A stretch of 28,516 nucleotides of DNA from a virus (IMGVR_UViG_3300017747_001699:1-28516); one strand, 5' to 3'; positions 9,647 through 16,799 are shown, counted from the stretch's first letter. Notes: generated by a model from the sequence alone, not told the origin. Program-made: numbers and translations.

Positions 9647-11094
9647 ATTTCTACCATTACTGAAACTGCTACTATTGCCCCCGATGTAGTCGAAGCGTTG
9701 TTAACTGCTTTAAAAGTAATTGTTGACATATTAGCAACGCTCAAAGATGTTGATGTATTTTGAAAAACAAATGCAGAACTTCCTGCTGCTATTGTTAATG
9801 TATAAGCTGTATCTACTGCATCCATACGCATTGTCAAAACCAAACTACCCGTAGCAGGTTGCACTCCTACGTTAGCTGTAAAATTTCTAAATGTACAAGC
9901 TGAAGGCATTATAGTTCTCATCTGAAACTCATTACCAATAGTTTGTAAATTTGACTTTACAAATCCTCCAGATAATGTCCCAAATGCTGAAACTGCACTA
10001 CTTCCAAAATTACCTACTAAAAAAGATTTAGATACTGAAGGTTTACTATTTAACTGCGTTTGAATATTGGAAGTTACCCCACTCAAATAGCCTATTTCAG
10101 TTGATGTAGTTGCAGCTACCGCTACTTTACCACCACCATCAGAAACTAAAGCGCGATAGTTAGTAAGGTTTGAACTTGTAATAGAAGAAGCCGCGCCTGT
10201 TATTGTATCTTGTTTAGTAGATAATGCATTACTTGTCTCCCAAAGTGAAGTGCTTGTATTGTACTTTAATATATCATTGTTGTTAGGAGATACCGCGCTA
10301 ACGTTGTGTAGTTCATCCATCTCGTAACCATTCTGCACACGAACATACATTCGACCTGCTGAACCATTACTTGCGGTGGTCACGAACCCCAAATATACTA
10401 AGTGATTAGGTGCTAATGGTTTAGTGTGACTAAAACTACCTGGAGTTGCACCCAAGTACACCGCATCTCCATCCGCCCAAGTTGAAGTAGGGAATAAACT
10501 CAAGCCATCAATTTGACCTTGCATGATAATTAAACCCTTCTGATTTGCACCTATTGAAGTTGACAAAACAACACCTATTGTTTGAGCTGAAGTTGAATCG
10601 CCTGTATTATAAGCTAACTTAACTTTTAAACGGTCTCCTTGACCACCGAATGCGTAAACCGCTTGTCCTTTGGTTATGGTTGTAGCTTCTGCATTTGTCA
10701 CATATGACAATAATGTATTTGGCGCAGTTCCTATAACTTGAAATGCATCAGTTGTTGAATTATAAACGCACAACATCTCTGCACCGTCTACAATATCCCC
10801 ACCGATTAATGCGCCATCATTATTTCTATAAAGTGTTTTAGCACCAAGTGAATTAATGTTTAACGTGCAACCTGTAGTATTGCCAGTAACGAATCGAATT
10901 AAGAACGCATCTCCATCGCTTAATGAAGTTACCCCGCTTATTGTCGTGGTGTAGGTATCAGTTCCGCTTGTAGATCCGTGAGGAATGCCACTACCACCCG
11001 AACCGCCCGAATAAGGCTTCCAAGTATTGTCAGCAGCCAAGTAATCAGTTGAGCTACTTGGTTGGTTGGTTGTGTATTGTACCTTCTTTGCCAT
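9643..11094 (-). CDS. Tail fibre / receptor-binding structural protein
   Basis: 483 aa, S/T/G-rich and modular: NTTGCTLNINSLGAK domain, TITKGQAVY module, ELHNV..NDILKYN..W repeat, and EIGYLSGVTSNIQTQLN fibre repeat. Confidence 0.75.
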   Translation of the reverse strand: MAKKVQYTTNQPSSSTDYLAADNTWKPYSGGSGGSGIPHGSTSGTDTYTTTISGVTSLSDGDAFLIRFVTGNTTGCTLNINSLGAKTLYRNNDGALIGGDIVDGAEMLCVYNSTTDAFQVIGTAPNTLLSYVTNAEATTITKGQAVYAFGGQGDRLKVKLAYNTGDSTSAQTIGVVLSTSIGANQKGLIIMQGQIDGLSLFPTSTWADGDAVYLGATPGSFSHTKPLAPNHLVYLGFVTTASNGSAGRMYVRVQNGYEMDELHNVSAVSPNNNDILKYNTSTSLWETSNALSTKQDTITGAASSITSSNLTNYRALVSDGGGKVAVAATTSTEIGYLSGVTSNIQTQLNSKPSVSKSFLVGNFGSSAVSAFGTLSGGFVKSNLQTIGNEFQMRTIMPSACTFRNFTANVGVQPATGSLVLTMRMDAVDTAYTLTIAAGSSAFVFQNTSTSLSVANMSTITFKAVNNASTTSGAIVAVSVMVEI

Positions 11095-11567
11095 TAGTCG
11101 CCAATGTATGGTATATCACAAGCATCCCACAAATAGTCAACAGCCAATTCAATGGATAACTGAACACCTGTTAAAACATGGCTAAATTCTTCTACAAAAG
11201 GACTTCCGCTTATTGGTGTGGTCAACACTACCGATTCATCGAAGATATTACCAAGCTCAAGCATATTAACAAAGTCGGAAGCAAGTAAAATGCAATCGCT
11301 TATCGCTTGTTTTTGGTACTCGGTCTTTTCGTCTTTATCTCTTGGAAGGTCAGCAAAGAACACATCAAAAGTGTATGAAAGTTGCCCTTTATCAAAACTT
11401 ATTCCTGTAGGTGTAACGTGCATCCACGGATACTCGGTCTCTTTCTCCAAGTCCGCTTGTGCGATTTGTCCGTGAGTGAACCTTCTTATTAACGCGTGTT
11501 GTTCAGCAAATTGCTGAAACTTGCTTACCACGACATTATATGTATAGAGTGAAGATGCTGTAGCCAT
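11094..11567 (-). CDS. Tail terminator-like protein
   Basis: 157 aa, acidic, with EYPWMHVTP, PFVEEFSHVLTG and a C-terminal CDIP; tail module position. Confidence 0.6.
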   Translation of the reverse strand: MATASSLYTYNVVVSKFQQFAEQHALIRRFTHGQIAQADLEKETEYPWMHVTPTGISFDKGQLSYTFDVFFADLPRDKDEKTEYQKQAISDCILLASDFVNMLELGNIFDESVVLTTPISGSPFVEEFSHVLTGVQLSIELAVDYLWDACDIPYIGD

Positions 11568-11574
11568 ATCTTAA

Positions 11575-11601
11575 AGACGCAAAAGGTTACTTTTTTAGGA
11601 G
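11575..11601 (-). promoter_or_regulatory. Candidate late promoter, probably giving a leaderless mRNA
   Basis: Minus strand CTCCTAAA-N14-CGTCTTTAAGAT-ATG; the core ends 7 nt before ATG 11567. Confidence 0.6.
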
Positions 11602-11865
11602 TTGTTTTTGAAAAGAAAAATAATCTATCCGGTACGATAGGTGAGCAAAGATTGTACTGGCTTGAGTTTCTGTGATAGTATCAAATTTAGTTACATCACG
11701 ATCCGCTAATTCTTCTATAACGTGAAACCAACCGTAACGTTCACTTAAGTCGTTTGTTGCGCTACCGCTTCCTTCATCATCGTTATCGCTGTCTCCATCT
11801 CCCTCATCATCGTTGTATCTAAAAACTCGAGGGAAGCTGTCAGTAATTCGTTTTCGATATTCGAA
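11587..11865 (-). CDS. -1 frameshift extension of the tail assembly chaperone (GT-like product, 246 aa total)
   Basis: After GTT TTT TTT (T9, 11864-11872) the -1 frame stays open for 92 codons: FEYRKRITDSFPRVF...ERYGWFHVIEELADRDVTKFDTIT...QKQLLKK. It fills the gap to the next gene. Confidence 0.85.
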   Translation of the reverse strand, partial: FEYRKRITDSFPRVFRYNDDEGDGDSDNDDEGSGSATNDLSERYGWFHVIEELADRDVTKFDTITETQASTIFAHLSYRIDYFSFQKQLLKK

Positions 11866-12326
11866 AAAAAAACCAGCGCACCATTAGCGACTGATAGCGG
11901 CATATCATCAAATACTTTCGCATTGCCTAAATGCTCTGCGGTATAAGGCTCAATTTTGTACTTTGAACCAATCTCCGAGTGGATAGGTCGGTAAAGGATT
12001 GAAAGCAGTTTATTAAGGTTCTTTGGAAAGTCCTTGCAGTTGCTTTCAAGGTCTAACCATTCACCAAAAGAAATCTTGTTGATGTCGGGAACAAACCCAT
12101 ACTTATTCCACTTATACTTGTGTTCTGCTACAGGATTCTCGATTACCGATTTAAAAGCCTCAATTACCTTCGTTATATCTTCGGGCGATAATTGCCTAAC
12201 GTAGTCCTTTGGTTGTCCCATAATAGCGGACACTTGACCAATCTCATTGCCTTCATTGGTAATAAAGTCAACGTATTGCTTAACCGTAATGGTCGAATAG
12301 TCAAGGGTAAGTTTTACTTTACTCAT
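11745..12326 (-). CDS. Tail assembly chaperone (G-like)
   Basis: YGFVPDINKISFGEWLDLE, LLSILYRP and GALVFF at a slippery T9 run with an open -1 extension. Confidence 0.8.
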   Translation of the reverse strand: MSKVKLTLDYSTITVKQYVDFITNEGNEIGQVSAIMGQPKDYVRQLSPEDITKVIEAFKSVIENPVAEHKYKWNKYGFVPDINKISFGEWLDLESNCKDFPKNLNKLLSILYRPIHSEIGSKYKIEPYTAEHLGNAKVFDDMPLSVANGALVFFSNIENELLTASLEFLDTTMMREMETAITMMKEAVAQQTT

Positions 12327-12501
12327 CTCCTAATTGGTTGCTGATTAACTCAATCCATTCTTGGAATAGGTCGGTCATTGATCCTTTGGCTAACCTCTTT
12401 CTTTGTGCAGGTTGTTGTAGCCACATACCAAACATTACGCATAGTCGGTAAGTGTGGTGCATTTGTTGTTCTCTTGCTTCTTCCATATTATAGTTTATCA
12501 C
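12319..12501 (-). CDS. Hypothetical protein
   Basis: 60 aa, overlaps both neighbours on the same strand. Confidence 0.55.
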   Translation of the reverse strand: MINYNMEEAREQQMHHTYRLCVMFGMWLQQPAQRKRLAKGSMTDLFQEWIELISNQLGDE

Positions 12502-12778
12502 TTATTATTATTTGTACTGGTGCGTCAGCATCGCCTACTATTGTATTCCGTGCCTGTTTAGGTTTGAAGTATTCAAGTGTCTTTAAATACAACTCGGAAG
12601 CTATCATCTTATCTTGGTCATCACGTGACTTCCATAGCTTATCCAAGAACGCATTGAACTGTTCCGCTTGTTGTCCTGTGATTGATTCACCAAGTGCCTC
12701 CCATTGTTTGGTCTTTTCAGACTTTGAGCCAACGGGTCGCCCGTTTGGATTGTTGGTTTGTCCTTTTGGTAATCCCAT
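12488..12778 (-). CDS. Terminase small subunit (DUF5681-like)
   Basis: N-terminal KGQTNNPNGRPVGSK, then LEYFKPK and a C-terminal beta-strand tail (PVQIII). Confidence 0.7.
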   Translation of the reverse strand: MGLPKGQTNNPNGRPVGSKSEKTKQWEALGESITGQQAEQFNAFLDKLWKSRDDQDKMIASELYLKTLEYFKPKQARNTIVGDADAPVQIIISDKL

Positions 12779-12779
12779 A

Positions 12780-13418
12780 TTAAAAAAGTTTTTGTTGAGC
12801 CATATGGTTTTTAATTCGCTTTATTGCGTTATCGTAGTATTCCTTATCCAACTCACACGCGGTTAACTCAAAGTCGTAATCGTGACAGGCTATTGCTATT
12901 GAACCTGAACCAAGATGAGTGTCAAGTATCTTATCGCCTTGCTTTGCGTATTTGTCAAGTAGCCATTTGTAAAGCGTAATAGGTTTTTGTGTAGGGTGAA
13001 ATCTATTTAAATCTGTACTTGTACCTTCGTATAATCTTGCAACTGCATCAAATGAAGTCCAAGCAAACTCTATTCTACTAAATGTAGGCATATATTGTTT
13101 TTTATCCCAACAAATAATACCACGTGTACTCGGTAGAAATTCCAAATAATAATTAGCTCCCCAAATAATTTGATTTTTTGATACTCTAAAAACCTCTTGA
13201 AAATATTTTTCATTAGGTGTTTCATTATCCCATTGGGAACTATTTTCATATAATACTGCAAACTTTGTATTTTTATGTTTACCACCTCTTTGAGAAAGTC
13301 TTTTACCTAATCCATAAGGTGGATCTACTATTGCCAAGCCGAAATAGTTATCAGGATAACGAGCCATTAAAGCCATATTATCTTCGTTGGTAATTGTTAT
13401 CTTGTCGCTCAACTTCAT
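12780..13418 (-). CDS. Solitary DNA amino-methyltransferase (N6_N4_Mtase, beta class)
   Basis: Motif IV DPPY precedes HPTQKP and motif I LDTHLGSGS; no cognate endonuclease next to it. Confidence 0.93.
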   Translation of the reverse strand: MKLSDKITITNEDNMALMARYPDNYFGLAIVDPPYGLGKRLSQRGGKHKNTKFAVLYENSSQWDNETPNEKYFQEVFRVSKNQIIWGANYYLEFLPSTRGIICWDKKQYMPTFSRIEFAWTSFDAVARLYEGTSTDLNRFHPTQKPITLYKWLLDKYAKQGDKILDTHLGSGSIAIACHDYDFELTACELDKEYYDNAIKRIKNHMAQQKLF

Positions 13419-13422
13419 TTTT

Positions 13423-13791
13423 CTAAACTTTTGATGTTAACAAAATATTCTTAAGATTTGGCTTAAAGTACAAATCGCTTTTCATAACCTTGCCATCAGC
13501 ACGATAGATAGGCTTTCCATCCTTATCTAACTTACTCATATTAGAACGGTGTACTTCATCGAATAAAACCTCTAATTTGTCCTCTATTTGAAGGTTACAA
13601 GCATAACCGATAAGTAAGTACATTTGGTCTATAATCGCGTCTGCTATTTCAACGTGATTATTTGCTTGGATCATCTCTTCAAGTTCCTCAGTAACCAGAG
13701 CCTGATGCAATTCCTTATCGCAGTCGTGAACGTTATTCGATAAACCAAACGCAGTTCGGAACTCTTTTACTTGTTGTACTTGTTTAAACAT
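13423..13791 (-). CDS. MazG-like / PRA-PH NTP pyrophosphohydrolase (probable start MFKQVQ)
   Basis: V.EF..AF, EELEE, EIADAIIDQMY and EVHRSNMSKL..GKPIYRADGKVMK. Confidence 0.88.
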   Translation of the reverse strand: MFKQVQQVKEFRTAFGLSNNVHDCDKELHQALVTEELEEMIQANNHVEIADAIIDQMYLLIGYACNLQIEDKLEVLFDEVHRSNMSKLDKDGKPIYRADGKVMKSDLYFKPNLKNILLTSKV

Positions 13792-13984
13792 AACACATTT
13801 TTTTTGATTCGTAACCTTTTGGAATTTCAATCAATTCAATTATTTCAAAATCATCAATTCCAATTCCACATTCCCAAGGACCGCACACTTCAAAATTATT
13901 ACGAAATAACGCAATAACTAATATTTCATCCCCACTAATTGCCCAAAAGTGTTGACCTTCTTTTATATCATCTTTATTTATCAT
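13784..13984 (-). CDS. Hypothetical protein
   Basis: 66 aa, coupled by overlaps to both neighbours. Confidence 0.6.
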   Translation of the reverse strand: MINKDDIKEGQHFWAISGDEILVIALFRNNFEVCGPWECGIGIDDFEIIELIEIPKGYESKKMCYV

Positions 13985-14337
13985 ACATCTAACTTGGTTT
14001 TAAAGTGGTTTATCAGTTGTTCCATTTTGTGGTCGTAAAACTTAGCAAAGGTTAAGAACCCTTCCTTATCTTGTTCCCATAGTTTATATAGCACGTTGCG
14101 TAATCTTTGACCATTGCTTTTCTTTTCTATTTCAAAGTCGGCTTTTAACTCATCAAGAACCTCTTTCTCTTTAGACGCAAACTCTTCTTCTTTTAGAGCG
14201 CAATAGACAAACGAGTTTTGTAAACTGAAGATTTGCCCTGCTTGGTCGGGTGTTAATTCATTTGTGCCTATTACAATGGCTGTAGTTCGGTCTTTACGAC
14301 TTTTGATAGATTCGATTTGTGCAGGTAGTATTATCAT
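13981..14337 (-). CDS. Conserved-looking phage hypothetical protein
   Basis: KSNGQRLRNVLYKLWEQ...FY..KMEQLI.HFK.KLD; preceded by a TATATTTG element. Confidence 0.7.
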   Translation of the reverse strand: MIILPAQIESIKSRKDRTTAIVIGTNELTPDQAGQIFSLQNSFVYCALKEEEFASKEKEVLDELKADFEIEKKSNGQRLRNVLYKLWEQDKEGFLTFAKFYDHKMEQLINHFKTKLDV

Positions 14338-14352
14338 TGTTGTTATCTATTA

Positions 14353-14360
14353 CAAATATA
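14353..14360 (-). promoter_or_regulatory. Bacteroidota primary-sigma -7 element
   Basis: TATATTTG 15 nt upstream of ATG 14337; the -33 element is poor. Confidence 0.55.
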
Positions 14361-14384
14361 ATCATTTTTCAATTAACTCCATAG

Positions 14385-14717
14385 TTAGGTTTTTAGGTGA
14401 ATAAAGATTTAAATCAAATAAATCAAAATTCAATCCTATTTAATTATCTCTTTAACTATAATTGATAATTACTCATTGTCCAAAAGTTCCAGTTAGGCTC
14501 TGGCATTAGTAAGGATTCTTTAACTTCCTCTCACCACTACGTTGCACCTCTGCATTGCGTAGATTTATTATTACTAATGTTATTCGCTATCCAAGAAATC
14601 TCACTTGCGTTACCAACTCGGAATAGCGGTTCTTTTCACAATCGCTTTTATTAGTCGCTTAATTATAGTTACACGACAAGGGATTAAAACGGGAAAAAAC
14701 CTTATTGACCTACCTAA
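14385..14717 (-). ncRNA. Large structured non-coding element (~333 nt), family unknown
   Basis: No ORF of 60 aa or more. Nested inverted repeats: 14394-14406/14700-14712, 14453-14463/14661-14671 (11 bp perfect), 14475-14486/14632-14642, 14504-14512/14571-14579 (9 bp perfect), 14537-14541/14558-14562 and 14585-14595/14617-14628. Confidence 0.65.
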
Positions 14718-14767
14718 AAAAAATCCCCCAATGATTTAAACGTGTTGAGTGTCCAAATCAAAGGGGG
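14716..14767 (-). terminator. Long terminator/attenuator hairpin with U8 tail
   Basis: Minus strand CCCCC-UU-UGAUUUGGAC-ACUCAACAC-GUUUAAAUCA-UU-GGGGG-AUUUUUUUU; two G-U pairs fix the strand. Confidence 0.75.
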
Positions 14768-14829
14768 AAACCTTAAGAATCACTCAACGTTACAAAGATG
14801 CACTAAAATACAATCGGTTGCCTTAATAC

Positions 14830-15012
14830 TTATTCACGATTCTTCAACAACCCAAACCACCATAGAGGAAAGGTAAAGGAAGTGAATAGCATACCTACTA
14901 TGTTATCAGTTGTGAAACGAATGGAGTGATAACGCATTAGAGTCAGGAAGAATCCAATATGTAGTAATACGGTCGTCAAATACGACATAAAAAAGAAATG
15001 TAGCAGGCTCAT
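14830..15012 (-). CDS. Small membrane protein
   Basis: 60 aa with two hydrophobic segments; ATGA overlap with the upstream gene. Confidence 0.65.
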   Translation of the reverse strand: MSLLHFFFMSYLTTVLLHIGFFLTLMRYHSIRFTTDNIVGMLFTSFTFPLWWFGLLKNRE

Positions 15013-15512
15013 TGAGTTCTTCGTTTTCTTCCACGTTTTTTTGGTTGTGGGTGTTCAACTTCATTTGTACTATCTAACAACTCGGAATCTTCGCGCTTAA
15101 GTTGGTGCGTTAATTCGTCAACTATTTTCGTTACGCATCCAATACAATGTCTCAACTTAATAGGCTTTGTGTCTCCATTGATAATGGCTTTTAACTTGCC
15201 GAGAACGGATCGTTGCTCACCTGTAACTACTCCCGACTTCTTAATGGTTGCAATCAATTCCTTTGCTTCTTCGATTGTATCATTGTCAGTTTGTGCTGTC
15301 CACATCTTTGCAGGACATTCTTGGAGTGCCATTCTTGCTTTAACATCCATAAAACACCCGCAAGGCTTAAACTTAACTCCGTTCATCTCCTGCCATTCGT
15401 TAAATGGATTGAGTTTGGATAACGCAGTACCACAGGTGCGGGTTGTGTGATTAAAAATCGGACAGGCTTTACAAATGCTCATCCGATATTCGAACATCTC
15501 TTTATTCGTCAT
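15009..15512 (-). CDS. Cys-rich metal-binding protein (DUF6171-like N-terminus)
   Basis: R..ICKACP...C...CGCFM.VK......CP..W plus HCIGC and a basic tail; coupled to the sigma gene. Confidence 0.7.
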   Translation of the reverse strand: MTNKEMFEYRMSICKACPIFNHTTRTCGTALSKLNPFNEWQEMNGVKFKPCGCFMDVKARMALQECPAKMWTAQTDNDTIEEAKELIATIKKSGVVTGEQRSVLGKLKAIINGDTKPIKLRHCIGCVTKIVDELTHQLKREDSELLDSTNEVEHPQPKKRGRKRRTQ

Positions 15513-15999
15513 ACTTAATACATTTTTTTATTTCCTCTTTGGCACGTTTGACCGTGTCGTATAAATAGCTTACAGGTATGCCAGTCTCATTTGATAGTTC
15601 GCGGTAACTAAAACCATTCATAACGTATAGATTGAATACCTCACGTTCAAAGAATGGAAGCCTACTCATTAGGATGTCAAGTTGCTCATTGGTAATTCTT
15701 GCCCCTATCCAACTTTCACGGGCGTTGTGTACTTCTATTTCAAATTGATGCGGTTCTAAATCAGTCCAATTAGCTTGAAAGTCACCAATCAACTTCTTAT
15801 AACGTGTACGTGGTCTTATATATTCCCACTTAAGAGAACAAATAACGTAGGAATCAATGTCATTAATCTTGGATGTGTCAGTTTCAAGGATGTTTAAAAG
15901 TGTAGAGTGTAAAAGTTCATCCCCCTCAAATTGTGATGCGGTTATATTCCTCGCAAAAATGCGGTATTTATTATATTGTTCCTGCGAAATAACCATCAA
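15502..15999 (-). CDS. ECF-like (sigma-70 family) RNA polymerase sigma factor
   Basis: 165 aa. Region-2-like ARNIT...GDELLHSTLLNIL and region-4 LPFFEREVFNLY..GFSYRELSNETGIP..Y..TVKRAKEEIK. Confidence 0.85.
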   Translation of the reverse strand: MMVISQEQYNKYRIFARNITASQFEGDELLHSTLLNILETDTSKINDIDSYVICSLKWEYIRPRTRYKKLIGDFQANWTDLEPHQFEIEVHNARESWIGARITNEQLDILMSRLPFFEREVFNLYVMNGFSYRELSNETGIPVSYLYDTVKRAKEEIKKCIKYDE

Positions 16000-16366
16000 T
16001 TACTTTTTGCGCTTCGTCAAATCCTTTACATATAGACGCATAATAACCCCTTTTGTTTAGTTGTTTGATCCATTCCTTCTGCTCTTTGCTTACCACACCT
16101 TTCTCGGTCTTTAATTCAATAAATAACCCGTGATACTTTTCGTTTGGTTCGCATATCTGCAAATCAGGAAAGCCTTTTACGTACCCAGTAGCCTTCATTT
16201 TTATGGCTTGTTTCATCGAAGTAAACATTCCACCTGCTGAAGCACAATAAATAGCAGTAGGATAAGCCATTTTAAGATACTGAATAACCGCAATTTGTAC
16301 ACCCGCTTCACCTGAATATGGTTTTTTAGCACGTGGTTTAAGACTATTTACTATCTTTTGCTTCAT
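15971..16366 (-). CDS. VRR-NUC domain nuclease (PD-(D/E)XK, possible resolvase)
   Basis: E..VQ, GYVKGFPDL, GLFIELKTEKG.VS.EQ.EW..L...GY. Confidence 0.92.
   Translation of the reverse strand: MKQKIVNSLKPRAKKPYSGEAGVQIAVIQYLKMAYPTAIYCASAGGMFTSMKQAIKMKATGYVKGFPDLQICEPNEKYHGLFIELKTEKGVVSKEQKEWIKQLNKRGYYASICKGFDEAQKVIDGYFAGTI
16034..16058 (-). promoter_or_regulatory. Candidate autoregulatory promoter of the sigma gene
   Basis: Minus strand AAACAAA-N13-CGTCTATAT inside VRR-NUC, about 35 nt upstream of the sigma start. Confidence 0.5.
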
Positions 16367-16371
16367 CTATT

Positions 16372-16390
16372 ATTTAGAATGCGTCTAAAT
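16372..16390. promoter_or_regulatory. 19-bp palindromic operator, Fur-box-like
   Basis: ATTTAGA-ATGCG-TCTAAAT, 5 nt upstream of the VRR-NUC ATG, in the divergent control region. Confidence 0.55.
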
Positions 16391-16465
16391 TACTATTTAA
16401 TAACGTTCTGAAACCCGCGTAAAATCAACAAAAATGAAAAAAGTTTTATTTTTCTTTAAAATTTA

Positions 16466-16498
16466 TTTGGAATAAAGAAAGAAGTTTACATATATTTG
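16466..16498 (+). promoter_or_regulatory. Early promoter (Bacteroidota -33/-7)
   Basis: TTTG-N21-TATATTTG upstream of ATG 16524. Confidence 0.85.
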
Positions 16499-16523
16499 CT
16501 CAACAAACAAAAACAAAGAACAA

Positions 16524-16706
16524 ATGAAAAACGAACAACAACTACTTGCAGAATTCAAAGCATTCTTTGAACAGGCTCAAATCGAAGCTAATAAAAAAGT
16601 TGAGATATGTTTGAATGTTGAAGCTGTAAACAAATTGAAATCAGTTACAGCAGAATTAAAATCTTATAGCATTGAAGATGTCACTCCTAATGGATATGGC
16701 ATATAA
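16524..16706 (+). CDS. Early hypothetical protein
   Basis: 60 aa, directly after a consensus promoter and an A-rich leader. Confidence 0.7.
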   Translation: MKNEQQLLAEFKAFFEQAQIEANKKVEICLNVEAVNKLKSVTAELKSYSIEDVTPNGYGI

Positions 16707-16721
16707 AACTGAAAAAGAATT

Positions 16722-16759
16722 GAGTGTAATGAGTCGAATTGAAATGGCTCATTACATTC
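16722..16759 (+). other. Intergenic 14-bp RNA hairpin without U-tract
   Basis: GAGUGUAAUGAGUC-10 nt loop-GGCUCAUUACAUUC, with two G-U pairs on the plus strand. Confidence 0.65.
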
Positions 16760-16799
16760 TAGAGATAACGCAAACTGAAATTTGTAGAAATAAAAAGTA

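Noticed and set aside
14488-14535. Resemblance of GAGGAAGUU...CAGAGCCUAACU to RNase P conserved regions I and V
   Set aside because: The elements are only about 20 nt apart and other conserved regions are missing; kept only as a possible pseudoknot.
14385-14717. Group I or II intron, tRNA or tmRNA identity for the structured region
   Set aside because: No interrupted gene, no P7 partner for CGACUA, no domain V, and no T-loop or CCA pattern.
16709-16760. Hammerhead ribozyme in the early intergenic hairpin
   Set aside because: Lacks a correctly arranged CUGANGA...GAAA core.
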